A DNA stretch of 64,000 nt, taken from positions 352,001-416,000 of the forward strand of contig OY782391.1 of the NCBI GenBank assembly GCA_963677745.1. The letters are read 5' to 3'. This DNA comes from Candidatus Altimarinota bacterium (GTDB lineage Bacteria; Patescibacteriota; Gracilibacteria; UBA1369). The notes under the pieces are model-generated. The model searched no databases. It saw only the letters and a program-made list of their open reading frames with translations, and was not told where the DNA came from. Below, in pieces: positions 19,074 to 29,460 of this stretch (within the stretch, counting starts at the first letter, position 1; each line of letters opens with the position of its first letter). The translations under genes and the position numbers were made by a program.

Positions 19074-19649
19074 ATGCAACAAATATTCTACCACGGCCGG
19101 AACCTGCCGTTAAAAATAGATTATCATCCGCTCAAGAAATCCCGTCTGGAAATCCACCCGGACCACATTTTGGCCACCCTTTGCTATGACCTCAGCACTA
19201 AACAGCAATCACATCAACTGCAGATTCTCACCGAAAAACTTTACCGCCGTTCCACCGAACGCATCATCGAGGAAACCCTGCTGCTCCTGAAAACTTATGC
19301 GCCTCGCCCCATCCGCGGCATCCGCTACAAAAAAATGCGTTCCCGCTGGGGCTCCGCCTCCGCCAACCACAATCTGAATTTCAATATCGACCTGGCCAAA
19401 TTGCCCCTGGAAGTCCAGCAATATATTGCCATTCACGAGTACTGCCACCTGTTCGAAATGAATCACTCCGCCAAATTCTGGGACAAAGTCCACCAATTCG
19501 ATCCGCTCTACCGTGAACACCGCCGGCAGCTGCGCCGTTTGGAAAAAAGCTGGCGTCCATCAACACCTGTTATTGCAGCGCCGGTTTTGGCAACACCTTC
19601 CGCTTCCGGACAGGATGGTTTTTGGAATAAACTTTTCAGCAACAAATAA
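19074..19649 (+). CDS. YgjP/DUF45 family zinc-dependent hydrolase
   Basis: MRSRWGSA, YIAIHEYCHLFEMNHSAKFW. Confidence 0.85.
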   Translation: MQQIFYHGRNLPLKIDYHPLKKSRLEIHPDHILATLCYDLSTKQQSHQLQILTEKLYRRSTERIIEETLLLLKTYAPRPIRGIRYKKMRSRWGSASANHNLNFNIDLAKLPLEVQQYIAIHEYCHLFEMNHSAKFWDKVHQFDPLYREHRRQLRRLEKSWRPSTPVIAAPVLATPSASGQDGFWNKLFSNK

Positions 19650-19717
19650 CCATTTGCCGATTTGTTCAATTTAGGTAAAATCTCCCTGTAAGTCCGACCT
19701 GCGGACTGCCCACGACT

Positions 19718-19791
19718 GCGGTATTGGTTCAATGGTAGAATGCGACCTTCCCAAGGTTGAGACACGGGTTCGATTCCCGTATACCGCTCCA
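19718..19791 (+). tRNA. tRNA-Gly(CCC)
   Basis: Acceptor GCGGTAT/ATACCGC, anticodon arm CGACC-TTCCCAA-GGTTG, T-arm ACGGG-TTCGATT-CCCGT, discriminator T and encoded CCA. Confidence 0.96.
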
Positions 19792-19798
19792 AAAAATT

Positions 19799-20089
19799 AT
19801 GGAGAAAAAACAACTGGAAATCATTTTCGGGCTGGCCAGACAACTCCCCATGTTTAAAGGCATTGAGGACGGGAATTTGCGTGAAGTAATTCAGGAAAGA
19901 TATGGAAACAGCCCCCTGGACAAACTTGAAGCTTTAATTAAAAATTTAAAATCACAAATAGAAATTGGCGCACAAAAACTGCAAAAAAATGTTGAAAAAG
20001 TGAAATCCTTAAAATTTCAGGAAGAAACACAGTCAGAGAAAGACAAAAAACTGGCAACGGATCTGCTCAAGCGACTTGAAGAATTGTAG
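19799..20089 (+). CDS. hypothetical coiled-coil protein
   Basis: 96-aa ORF from the ATG just after the tRNA; the ORF-track TTG start lies inside the tRNA. Confidence 0.65.
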   Translation: MEKKQLEIIFGLARQLPMFKGIEDGNLREVIQERYGNSPLDKLEALIKNLKSQIEIGAQKLQKNVEKVKSLKFQEETQSEKDKKLATDLLKRLEEL

Positions 20090-20131
20090 TTTTGTGGTAC
20101 AATTAAATAAATACATTATAAAAACAAAACT

Positions 20132-20587
20132 ATGGGTGGCGAAATTCAAAGTGAATCAGCAGACCAGGCCAAGGCAGCTCAACAGGAACAAGCCCGGGCC
20201 GGCTTCCAGCAACTTGAGGAAGGACAACCGACAGAGCTGAAAGAAGGAGCCGACAAGAAAAATAAGACTGAATTCGAGTATTCCCCTGGAGAAAACGGGC
20301 CCGCTGCCACAAAAAGTGCTGATTTTCTTAAAACAACTAATAAATTCAAGAAAGATGATACCGACGAATACATACAAGACTTGAAAAACGCCATCAGCAA
20401 ACTTTGGGATGCTCAAAAAATAAAAGTTAACGACGTAAAACAGGGCAAGGGCGGCGTTGGTAGAACAAAAGACCTCACAACAGTAGAGTCTGATACTGAA
20501 GTTGATTACGGAGGCGGTAAAATAATCAAATTCAAAATGACCAGCAATGTTGAAAACAAAACGCACCAGCTCCAAGTCCGCGTTTAA
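20132..20587 (+). CDS. hypothetical protein
   Basis: 151-aa ORF with an upstream TGGTACAAT extended -10; charged N-terminus and beta-rich C-terminus. Confidence 0.65.
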   Translation: MGGEIQSESADQAKAAQQEQARAGFQQLEEGQPTELKEGADKKNKTEFEYSPGENGPAATKSADFLKTTNKFKKDDTDEYIQDLKNAISKLWDAQKIKVNDVKQGKGGVGRTKDLTTVESDTEVDYGGGKIIKFKMTSNVENKTHQLQVRV

Positions 20588-20595
20588 ATTTAATA

Positions 20596-21216
20596 TTACA
20601 ATCCAAAAGCTTCCACCTGCTCTGCCTTCAGTGCCGGTCTGGTCTTGAAAGTCGGTAAAACAATCCCCTGCACGCCGTTTTGCAAAGCTTTCCGCAAAGC
20701 AAGCAATCCTCCGATATCCGCAAACTCTTCCCCCTGATATCGAAAGACGTCCAGATCGATATTATCGTTATTCAGAAATTCCTGCATCAGCAGCTGCCGG
20801 CCTATCCCAGTAAGAAATTCCCCGCTTTCATGCCCGTCAGCAAATATACTTTTTGACAAATCCAGCCCACTGCGCTTGGCAATCACATAAGCACATGTCC
20901 CGCCCTCTGCCACTTTGTGAGGGTGACAATAAGCGGTGATCTGGTCAAAATCAGGCCTCATCCACCGTATCATATCGCACCACACTTTTCGTTGTACCGC
21001 TTCCATTGGCCAGTCCAATACCCGCTGCAACATTCCTCTGTTCAATTCTACCTGACCAAGAATAACCATCTCTGTTCTGGCCAGATTTTCTACCAGGGAT
21101 TTAACCTCTCCTTCATAACGAAACCAGACTCGCCGCGGCAAAGCAACCTTTTCCCCGATTCCAGGCAATTCTATCTCCCCCTGTGTTTGAAAATAATTTT
21201 CCAGATTATTGTACAT
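20596..21216 (-). CDS. hypothetical protein
   Basis: 206-aa ATG ORF filling the gap; no family recognised. Confidence 0.6.
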   Translation of the reverse strand: MYNNLENYFQTQGEIELPGIGEKVALPRRVWFRYEGEVKSLVENLARTEMVILGQVELNRGMLQRVLDWPMEAVQRKVWCDMIRWMRPDFDQITAYCHPHKVAEGGTCAYVIAKRSGLDLSKSIFADGHESGEFLTGIGRQLLMQEFLNNDNIDLDVFRYQGEEFADIGGLLALRKALQNGVQGIVLPTFKTRPALKAEQVEAFGL

Positions 21217-21344
21217 ATTTTGATTCCCGGACTATTGACTAATTCGGATTGTATGCTAAAGACTAAACATTCGCAACTTTTGATTTTCCTGTCAGTTGAT
21301 ATCCAAGAATTCCAATAAAAAAATATCTATCCCCTGTAACAAAT

Positions 21345-22184
21345 ATGCCCAATCATCCCGAAATCCCCACCGCCATCACCACCCTCAACGGAACTGCCCT
21401 GCCCTTTAGTGAAATTGACAATATTTTTGCCCAATCCGACCTGGGAAAAATTCTGCAGGAAAATATCCGTTATGAAGGATACAAACCTCCCCACCTGCCC
21501 AAAACAGACTGGCAGAAAATATTGGGCGCGGACATCAACAATCTTGCCCACATGCCGTTGACCAGAGGAATCACCCGCAGTTTTCTGCGCCATCAGCAAC
21601 AGGAGATTCCCTTCAGCCAGGAGAATTCCCAAATCCTGCTGCTGGCCGCCACCACCCATGACTGGGCCGAAGCAATTGTCGGCGATAAAAACGGTAATCT
21701 GAAGACAGAGGCCGACGAGGCCAAAGAATCAGATGTATATGCCCAGCTGTTGAAAAAATATTTGGGAAATCTCCTGCCGTCACAAATATTGAATAAAGCT
21801 CATGAGACAGCCACCAATCGTGACTCACAATTGGGCTGGATATTCAATTCCATCGAGAAAATAGGCTATCTGCGCAGCGGTCTGAATGCCTGGGAAATAG
21901 GCCAAAAAGCCGATCCGGATCTTAAAAAGCACCTGCATTGGATGGCCTCCAACGTTATCGGCAGTCAAACTGTTCCCTTAATCCGTTATGCCGAAACCCT
22001 ATATCCCGTCTACCAATACCTGGATAACGCCCGTTTCAAAATTATCCGGATTTTCCAGGAAATGCCCAAAAATGTCTTTGATCAATTTCCCGTTGACGAC
22101 AAAAACGAACGAGCCGCCCAAATCGAAAAATTTATGGACGCCAAAAAGGCCTGGTACAGAAGTCTGTTCGGACCAATATTTTAG
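21345..22184 (+). CDS. HD-domain phosphohydrolase (YfbR-like)
   Basis: NNLAHM, ATTHDWAEAIVGD (HDxxExxxGD). Confidence 0.75.
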   Translation: MPNHPEIPTAITTLNGTALPFSEIDNIFAQSDLGKILQENIRYEGYKPPHLPKTDWQKILGADINNLAHMPLTRGITRSFLRHQQQEIPFSQENSQILLLAATTHDWAEAIVGDKNGNLKTEADEAKESDVYAQLLKKYLGNLLPSQILNKAHETATNRDSQLGWIFNSIEKIGYLRSGLNAWEIGQKADPDLKKHLHWMASNVIGSQTVPLIRYAETLYPVYQYLDNARFKIIRIFQEMPKNVFDQFPVDDKNERAAQIEKFMDAKKAWYRSLFGPIF

Positions 22185-22299
22185 ATTTGCTTATCCGATT
22201 ACCTTGGGCTAATATGCCGTGGCCAGCCTTTTATAAATGTTTTAAAGTATACTTTTAGGCCGACCGCAGTAGTATAAAAAAACTTTCAAGATTTTCCCT

Positions 22300-24111
22300 A
22301 TGAAAACCCTCTCAATCGCCATCATCGCTCACGTCGACCACGGTAAGACCACTTTAACCGATCATCTTTTACGCCAGGGAGGTGCTTTCAACACCCATGA
22401 AAAAGTGGAAGAACTGGTAATGGACTCCAACGACCAGGAACGGGAACGCGGCATCACCATTTTTGCCAAAAACTGTTCGGCTTTTTATAAAGATATCAAA
22501 ATCAATATAGTAGACACTCCAGGCCATGCCGATTTCAGCTCCGAAGTGGAACGCATCCTCAAAATGGTGGACTGCGTGATTCTGCTGGTGGACGCCAAGG
22601 AAGGCCCCATGCCCCAGACCAAATTTGTACTGGCCAAATCACTCAAACTGGGCCACAAACCGATCGTGGTCATCAATAAAATCGACCGTAAAGACCAGCG
22701 CGCCGAAGTCGTGGTGGATCAAGTTTTCGACCTGTTCGTCAAACTCGGCGCCACCAATGAACAGCTGGACTTCCCCATCCTCTATGCCATCAGCCGCGAA
22801 GGTATTGCCAAATATGAAATGGCGGATGAGGGCAAGGATCTTACCCCTCTTTTCGAAACCATCCTCAAACATGTCCCGTTATTCGATGAATCCCTGTCCG
22901 AAAAACCTCTGCAGTTGCAGGTGACGAACCTCGGTTATGACGATTACATCGGCCGCATCGCCATCGGAAGAATTCTCAAAGGCGTACTAAAAGTCGGCCA
23001 AAACGTCACGGTCTGCAAAATCGACGGCAGCAGGAGAACTTCCCGTGTCACCAAAATTTTTATCTACGAAGGCATCCGCCAGACGGAAGTCAATGAAGCA
23101 CCTGCCGGCGAAATTGTGGCCATAGCCGGATTCCCGGACATAACCATCGGCGAAACCGTCACTGACCCGGCCCTTCCGGTACCACTGCCGCTTCTGCAAA
23201 TAGACGAGCCAACCCTGCAGATGAATTTTCTGGTCAATAACTCACCTTTTGCCGGCAAAGAAGGCAAATATGTGACCACCCGCCATATCAAGGACCGTCT
23301 GGACAAAGAACTGCAAACCAATGTCGGACTGAGAGTGGAATCACTGGAAGGAACAGATGGCTACAAGGTGTCCGGCCGCGGTGAACTGCATTTATCGGTG
23401 CTGATTGAAAGCATGCGCCGCGAAGGTTTTGAACTGCAGGTATCCCAACCGGAAGTTATTTACAAGGAAATCAACGGCGAAAAATGCGAGCCGATCGAAC
23501 AATTGATCATTAGTGTCCCCGAAGAATTTTCCGGAACGGTAATTGAAAAACTGGGCCGCCGCAAAGGTGAAATGAAAGATCTGGTCACCGAAAACGGCGT
23601 TACCCGCATCGAATACGAAATTCCCACCCGCGGTCTGCTGGGATTCCGCTCGGAATTTGTGATGGATACACGCGGAGAAGGATTGATGGATCACAGCTTC
23701 ATCAGATACGACCTCTACCGGGGAGCCATTGCCCAGAGAGGCAACGGCGTGCTGATTTCCGGTGAGAAAGGTGTTACCGTAGCCTACGCGCTCTTTTATC
23801 TTCAGGAAAGAGGTACCCTTTTTGTCCCGCCAGTCACTCCAGTCTATGAAGGCATGATTATCGGTGAAAATGCCCGCGGCGAGGACCTGACTGTCAATCC
23901 CTGCAAGGAGAAAAAGATGTCCAATATGCGCACCACCGCCTCCGATCAGGCCATCAAAATAACCACCCCCCGCGAAATCACGCTGGAACTGGCACTGGAA
24001 TACATCCAGTCCGACGAATTGGTCGAGGTAACGCCCAAATCCATCCGTCTTCGCAAGAAACTGCTTACCGAATTGGACCGTAAAAGAGGTTCCCGCGACG
24101 TTGTTGCTTAA
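22300..24111 (+). CDS. typA: translational GTPase TypA/BipA
   Basis: [48 protein letters not shown]. Confidence 0.97.
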   Translation: MKTLSIAIIAHVDHGKTTLTDHLLRQGGAFNTHEKVEELVMDSNDQERERGITIFAKNCSAFYKDIKINIVDTPGHADFSSEVERILKMVDCVILLVDAKEGPMPQTKFVLAKSLKLGHKPIVVINKIDRKDQRAEVVVDQVFDLFVKLGATNEQLDFPILYAISREGIAKYEMADEGKDLTPLFETILKHVPLFDESLSEKPLQLQVTNLGYDDYIGRIAIGRILKGVLKVGQNVTVCKIDGSRRTSRVTKIFIYEGIRQTEVNEAPAGEIVAIAGFPDITIGETVTDPALPVPLPLLQIDEPTLQMNFLVNNSPFAGKEGKYVTTRHIKDRLDKELQTNVGLRVESLEGTDGYKVSGRGELHLSVLIESMRREGFELQVSQPEVIYKEINGEKCEPIEQLIISVPEEFSGTVIEKLGRRKGEMKDLVTENGVTRIEYEIPTRGLLGFRSEFVMDTRGEGLMDHSFIRYDLYRGAIAQRGNGVLISGEKGVTVAYALFYLQERGTLFVPPVTPVYEGMIIGENARGEDLTVNPCKEKKMSNMRTTASDQAIKITTPREITLELALEYIQSDELVEVTPKSIRLRKKLLTELDRKRGSRDVVA

Positions 24112-24194
24112 TTTTCTGTTTCCGGCCGGCAACAACTGTAATATTTTAGGGTAAATTCGGTTATATATACCGTAAAACAGCCTTAATTTTAATT

Positions 24195-25037
24195 ATGAGC
24201 AGGATCGTCATGTCAAAACAGCCCGGCAAGGAAGAAAACTTCTCCGAAAAAAACGGTCAAATTTCTTTTGTCAGAACCACCGCCACCCCGATTTCCGTGA
24301 ACAAAATTCATGATATCGACGAATACGCGGATCTCCCTGCCGTCAAAGAGAATCCATCCGATTCGGCGGAAAAAATCTCCGGGCAAAGCGTGAAAATATT
24401 GTTCGGAAATACCGAAAGCCGCAGGGAATATTATGCCCCCACCCATCTGCTGCACACCCTCCCGCCCGGCTATCCGATTACCGGGGCCATCGACCTTTTG
24501 CTTAAATTTCTGGAAGGGCTGCAGGAATGCCGGAAAACCGAACTGGCCAATCTGGAATCCGTTCAGCAGCTCAGGGAAAAACCTCAGGGCGATCTCAACC
24601 GGCAATGGGAAGTTTATATGGCTGCCTGTGCAGAAAGAGACAAAGCTTTGTTCAAATTCACTCACAAAAAGACACTGACCGCTCTTCAAACCGGCATTAC
24701 GGAACAAATCAAACAATTGCACGGCTCACTTAACCGTCTTTCAGTATCTAATTTTCCCCCTCCGGAAACCGTCCCTGTGGACCAGGCCTTCAAAGATTAT
24801 ACGGAACGCCTCGACAGATGTCAGAAAAGCCATGAGGAAACTCTTCATACGGTACAAACAGACATCAGACTCTGCCAGTTGCGTCTGAAGGAGCTGGTTG
24901 ATCAATATTTTGACGAAGCCGAAAAAATCGACAGCAAGACCTGGGAACTTTGTCTGGCCAATCAACAAATCTATGAACTGCACTGGCAGATTATAAACTT
25001 TATCAAGGATCTGGAACCTGATGTGGCAGATCAGTAA
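24195..25037 (+). CDS. hypothetical helical/coiled-coil protein
   Basis: 280-aa ORF with heptad-like helical composition; no family recognised. Confidence 0.7.
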   Translation: MSRIVMSKQPGKEENFSEKNGQISFVRTTATPISVNKIHDIDEYADLPAVKENPSDSAEKISGQSVKILFGNTESRREYYAPTHLLHTLPPGYPITGAIDLLLKFLEGLQECRKTELANLESVQQLREKPQGDLNRQWEVYMAACAERDKALFKFTHKKTLTALQTGITEQIKQLHGSLNRLSVSNFPPPETVPVDQAFKDYTERLDRCQKSHEETLHTVQTDIRLCQLRLKELVDQYFDEAEKIDSKTWELCLANQQIYELHWQIINFIKDLEPDVADQ

Positions 25038-25065
25038 ATCCCCTCTTTAAGCTAAGCGGATTTTG

Positions 25066-25074
25066 TGCTATAAT
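25066..25074 (+). promoter_or_regulatory. extended -10 promoter element of mscS
   Basis: TGCTATAAT about 25 nt before the ATG; the same element type occurs at 26533-26541 and 29420-29428. Confidence 0.55.
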
Positions 25075-25099
25075 AAGCAGATTATTGTTATAGCACCAC

Positions 25100-26071
25100 A
25101 TGGCTGCACCCATTAATACCAATACAGATGTCGGTACCGGCGCCGAAAGCGGGACTATCGACTTTGCCAATCTGGGCCCTTATCTTCTGACCAAATTTCT
25201 AGGGGTACTGGAAGCCGCCCTGATCATTATCATCGGTATTTTTGTGATCCGTTACGTCAAACGCTACCTCAACAAAATCGCTCTGGAACACGAACAACAG
25301 AAAACCGCCCTCAATCTTTTCGAGAAATTGACCACCGGTTTTATCATAGTCATTTCCATCACCCTGGCTCTGAAAATCGTAGGAATAGACATGACCCTGC
25401 TGGTCAGCGTCACCATCCTCGGTCTCAGTTACGGTCTGCAGGACATCATCAAAAACTATGTGGCAGGCATTTTAATCATGTTCAAATCCCCCTTTAAAAT
25501 CGGCGATATCATCAACATCAAGGGACATACCGGCAAGGTAGATAAAATTGATTTTCAGTCCACCACCCTGCGCACTTTTGACCAAAAGGACGTCACGATT
25601 TACAACAGCGACGTAATGACCCAGTCTATCATCAACCATTCCCGCAGCGACATCCGCCGGCTGGAACTGGATGTCACTCTGGGCTTCGGTTCGGACTACC
25701 TGCATGCCATCAAAGTGTTTGACCAGATTGTTCGAAACCATCCCAACGTGCTAAAAAAACCGTCCCATAAAATTATCTTCAAAAAGTTCGAGGACAACGG
25801 AATTACTTTTACCATCCGCTGCTGGGCACAACTTCCCTGCAACCTGCTGGCCATTAAATCCGATCTGGCTCTGCAAATCAGTCAGGTTTACGACGAAACA
25901 GTTGTCTTCCTGCCCCACGGCAAGGATATCCAGGAAAACAGCGACTACACCCTCAGTGAAACCAACAAAGCCAGACAGGAAGCCCTGCGTAAAGCCGGCA
26001 ACCTGACCGTGGACGACACCCAGCCCATCCCGGCCGACGCCGAATTGATCGATTTCGAGGAAATTGAGTAG
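25100..26071 (+). CDS. mscS: small-conductance mechanosensitive channel
   Basis: TM helices, GLQDIIKNYVAGILI, PFKIGDII, GKVDKI, TTLRTFD. Confidence 0.92.
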   Translation: MAAPINTNTDVGTGAESGTIDFANLGPYLLTKFLGVLEAALIIIIGIFVIRYVKRYLNKIALEHEQQKTALNLFEKLTTGFIIVISITLALKIVGIDMTLLVSVTILGLSYGLQDIIKNYVAGILIMFKSPFKIGDIINIKGHTGKVDKIDFQSTTLRTFDQKDVTIYNSDVMTQSIINHSRSDIRRLELDVTLGFGSDYLHAIKVFDQIVRNHPNVLKKPSHKIIFKKFEDNGITFTIRCWAQLPCNLLAIKSDLALQISQVYDETVVFLPHGKDIQENSDYTLSETNKARQEALRKAGNLTVDDTQPIPADAELIDFEEIE

Positions 26072-26156
26072 GATTTGCCGTTTTGAAAATTTGACATTTA
26101 CCTGACTCTCGTCTTTAATAAGGCAGCTTTCGCATGAATATATCAAAAAATTCCCT

Positions 26157-26438
26157 ATGTCCAATAAGCACGTCAACCACCAGCACGGTCTGCATACCAT
26201 GAATCAGACCCGCCCCAAGAGCAAGGTTAATAAGAAAATCAACAAGGCCAAAGCCAAAGACCGCAAGGCCCCTTTGCTGGCCGCATTGATGGAAGCCCGC
26301 TATGGTAAAAAAGATGCCGTGAAAAAAGTCAGCAAACCGGCCAAAAAAGTTACTGCAGCCAAAAAAGCCACTGCCAAAGCCAAAGTCAGCGCAAAAAAAA
26401 GCGCCGCCAAGAAAACCTCCTCCGCCAAAAAAGCTTAA
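26157..26438 (+). CDS. small Lys/Ala-rich, histone H1-like protein
   Basis: C-terminal AKK repeats; promoter TTGACA-N17-TTTAAT at 26091-26119; followed by a terminator. Confidence 0.7.
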   Translation: MSNKHVNHQHGLHTMNQTRPKSKVNKKINKAKAKDRKAPLLAALMEARYGKKDAVKKVSKPAKKVTAAKKATAKAKVSAKKSAAKKTSSAKKA

Positions 26439-26461
26439 ATAATTCCGGTCCGCCGGCCATC

Positions 26462-26500
26462 AAAAACACCTTACCGATCCGATAATATAAGGTGTTTTTT
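26462..26500 (+). terminator. intrinsic terminator
   Basis: AAAAACACCTTA-N14-TAAGGTGTTTTTT. Confidence 0.6.
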
Positions 26501-26567
26501 ACGTTTCTCCCCTTATCATACCCCTCAAAAAATGGTATAATAATGGGATTATTTTTGAAACAAAAAC

Positions 26568-27914
26568 ATGCAAAACGAATTTAATATAGCCATTTTCCGC
26601 CTCTTCATCGGCGGGGTGATTGGTGCGATAGTGGGATTAGAAAGGGAAAAAAGCATGCAGATGAACAAGGAGCAGAGCCCCATCGGCATCCGCACCGACA
26701 TCCTGATCGGCATCCTGGGAGGCACTTCGATTTATCTGAGCCAAATCATCAACGACTGGGTGTTTATTGTTTCACTGGTCGCGGTAATCTGCTTCAGTTA
26801 TTTGCCGCTGATCCGCAAAGAAAACGCCGGGGAAAAAATCATGAGTTACAAAACAGCCATCAGCTCCATCATCGTCTTCCTGATGGGAGCTTTAGCCTTC
26901 ACCGGACAAATCCAGACAGCTCTGGCCGTTGCCATTATCACCACCTTTGTCTTGTCCCTCAAATATACACTCAAACAGTTTATCGTCGGAGTATCCTATC
27001 CCGAACTGATCGATGGCGTAAAATTCGTCATCATTTCCTTTATCATCCTGCCGTTCCTGCCCAATCAAACCTACGACACTACCCTGATCAGTTATTTCGA
27101 CCCGACGGCGGCAGCCATCCCCCTTAATACCAGCATCATCAATCCTTACCGCATCTGGCTGCTGATCGTTATTGTCAGCGGTCTCAACTTTCTGGGTTAT
27201 ATCCTGGTAAAAATCTTCGGCAGAAACAAAGCCTACAGTTTAACCGGCCTGATCGGAGGTTTTTATTCCAGTACCGTTACTTCACTCAATCTCTGCACCA
27301 CCAGCAAAGAACACGTCGACCTCACCTATCCTTTCGTAGCCGGCATTTTGCTGGCCTGCGGCAGCAGCTTTTTCAAAATGTTTGTCCTGATCAGAACCCT
27401 GAACGCCGAACTCTTTAACCGCCTCTTCCCGAGCCTGCTGGCAATGTGCGGATATCTGCTGTTATCGGGCTGGTTTTTCAAGAGAAAGGCCGAGAAAAAA
27501 GTCAAAGATGTACAACTCCAAAGAAAAAGTGAAATTAAACACAAACAACTGGTAGAGGTAAAATCACCGCTCAATTTGAAAAGCGCCGTCAAACTGGCGG
27601 TTTTCGTTCTGCTCACCATGCTTGCCGCAAACCTGATTCTGCGCTATGCCGACATCAACCTTTATTATGCCCTGGCCGCGCTGATGGCCTTTTTCTCGGT
27701 GGACGACCCCGTCATTATTTCCACAGCCGATATTGCCGGCAAAGCGATGTCCTTCGATATCGCCAAAAACATTATTCTGGGTGTAATCTTCCTGAATTTT
27801 CTTCAGAAAGTCCCGATGGTTTACTTTTTTGGAAACAGGAAACTGATAAAACCTTTGGCACTGGGATTTTCAGGCCTTCTGCTTGTCACCCTGACCGCTC
27901 TGCTGTATCTTTAA
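26568..27914 (+). CDS. MgtC/SapB N-terminal plus DUF4010 membrane protein
   Basis: GAIVGLERE, GIRT, ILPFLPN, NPYRIWLLIVIVSGLNFLGYIL, GGFYSST. Confidence 0.88.
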   Translation: MQNEFNIAIFRLFIGGVIGAIVGLEREKSMQMNKEQSPIGIRTDILIGILGGTSIYLSQIINDWVFIVSLVAVICFSYLPLIRKENAGEKIMSYKTAISSIIVFLMGALAFTGQIQTALAVAIITTFVLSLKYTLKQFIVGVSYPELIDGVKFVIISFIILPFLPNQTYDTTLISYFDPTAAAIPLNTSIINPYRIWLLIVIVSGLNFLGYILVKIFGRNKAYSLTGLIGGFYSSTVTSLNLCTTSKEHVDLTYPFVAGILLACGSSFFKMFVLIRTLNAELFNRLFPSLLAMCGYLLLSGWFFKRKAEKKVKDVQLQRKSEIKHKQLVEVKSPLNLKSAVKLAVFVLLTMLAANLILRYADINLYYALAALMAFFSVDDPVIISTADIAGKAMSFDIAKNIILGVIFLNFLQKVPMVYFFGNRKLIKPLALGFSGLLLVTLTALLYL

Positions 27915-27939
27915 CGGGCCAGGACTTAACCCCCGCTGA

Positions 27940-28926
27940 ATGCAGCTTTTTAGGCGACGCAAAGCGAAAAGTTTCTTTAAAAAAAATGATAGACGGCCGG
28001 AGCTGAAAACCCGCCGCCGCATTTTCGGACGCGCCAATATTACCCAGACCGCCAGTCCTTACTCGCACCGCGGCACCTCCAATCTCAAACTGCGCAAAAA
28101 AATCCGCCACACCTCACTGGGCAGAATGGCTATGCCGCCATCCCAGCTTTCCCGTCAAAAACTTTCCAAAGTCAAAAAAATCATCATTGCCATTCTAATT
28201 GTCTTCACTCTGGGCGGACTGTTCTATTTCACCTTCTTCACCGAATTTTTTCTGATCAGTGATTATCAAATCTATGAAGACGGCACCCAGATTACCTCCA
28301 ATCTCAAACTTAACCAGACCGCTTCCGAAATCCTGGCCAACCAGAACATCCTGCTGTTCGATGAAAATCTCCTTTCCACGGCCCTCCTGAAAGACAATCC
28401 GGAATATAAAACTATCACCGTTAAAAAAATCCTGCCCAAAACCATCGAGATTGAACTGGAAAAATACCCTGTGGCCGCCAACATCATCGATATAATCGAC
28501 GGAGCGGACGGCATCAAAATTCAGAAGAAATACCTGGTCAACAGTAACGGCATGATCATCATGGAAAACGAGGAAAATCCGGATCTGCCCTATATTCGCG
28601 TCTCCACCAAACAGGCTCTGGGCATCAATGCCTTCCCGCTGGACCAGGAAAAGCTCGATTACATCATCAAACTGGTCGTTTTGTTTGAGGAAAAATTCGG
28701 CATAAAAGTCTCGGAAGCCGTCTATCTTAAACAGGCCCGGGAAGTCCATCTCAAAACCGAGAAAAACTTTGATGTCTGGTTTGACCTCACCAAAACCATG
28801 CTTTCCCAAGTTGACAAGCTGAAAAAAGCCCTTCCCAAACTAGATATTTACAAAACTCCCCTGCTTTATATAGACTTGAGAATAACGGGCACCAATGCCG
28901 AAAAAATAATCTACAAACGAAGATAG
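27940..28926 (+). CDS. cell division protein FtsQ/DivIB-like
   Basis: Basic cytoplasmic tail, one TM, POTRA-like NILLFD...VKKILPKTIEIELEK, C-terminal YIDLR. Confidence 0.8.
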   Translation: MQLFRRRKAKSFFKKNDRRPELKTRRRIFGRANITQTASPYSHRGTSNLKLRKKIRHTSLGRMAMPPSQLSRQKLSKVKKIIIAILIVFTLGGLFYFTFFTEFFLISDYQIYEDGTQITSNLKLNQTASEILANQNILLFDENLLSTALLKDNPEYKTITVKKILPKTIEIELEKYPVAANIIDIIDGADGIKIQKKYLVNSNGMIIMENEENPDLPYIRVSTKQALGINAFPLDQEKLDYIIKLVVLFEEKFGIKVSEAVYLKQAREVHLKTEKNFDVWFDLTKTMLSQVDKLKKALPKLDIYKTPLLYIDLRITGTNAEKIIYKRR

Positions 28927-28964
28927 GGCATCCCCGGCAACCTGCAGACCTAACCATTACATCT

Positions 28965-29324
28965 ATGACCTGGGCATTTTTAGGAATAATCGTAGGCACC
29001 ATCATCGGTCTGGCACTGAATTTCTCCATCCCCATCGAACTGACCAAATATTCGGCCGTGATCATTATGGGTATTCTGGACGCGCTCTTTGGCGCCATCA
29101 GGGCCGAAGCCACCAATGACCAGTTTGACGGCATAATCTTTATTACCGGCCTGCTTTTCAATATTGTCCTGTCTGTGCTGATCACGATTTTAGGTGATAA
29201 ACTGGGCCTGGATCTGTTCCTGGCCGCCGCTTTTGTCTTTACCTTCAGGATTTTCACCAATGTCGGGGCAACCCGCCGGCACCTGCTCGAGCATTACATC
29301 ACCAAATCCAAAAAAAGCGCCTGA
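28965..29324 (+). CDS. sbp: small basic protein Sbp (DUF1290)
   Basis: YSAVIIMGILDALFGAIRA, FITGLLFN, GDKLGLDLFLAA, RIFTNVGATRRHL. Confidence 0.85.
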   Translation: MTWAFLGIIVGTIIGLALNFSIPIELTKYSAVIIMGILDALFGAIRAEATNDQFDGIIFITGLLFNIVLSVLITILGDKLGLDLFLAAAFVFTFRIFTNVGATRRHLLEHYITKSKKSA

Positions 29325-29460
29325 AACCCAGCCCTTTACCCCCTGCAATCAGGCCATAAAAAACAGGCTTGGCAAAATGCAAAGTTTTGGCTTTTCTAAT
29401 TGTCCGAAAGCCGTTTTTTTGCTATAATTAGATGAACAAAAACAAAATAAATAAAAAAAC

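Noticed and set aside
19757-19798. TTG start of the 110-aa ORF
   Set aside because: It lies inside tRNA-Gly; ATG 19799 is preferred.
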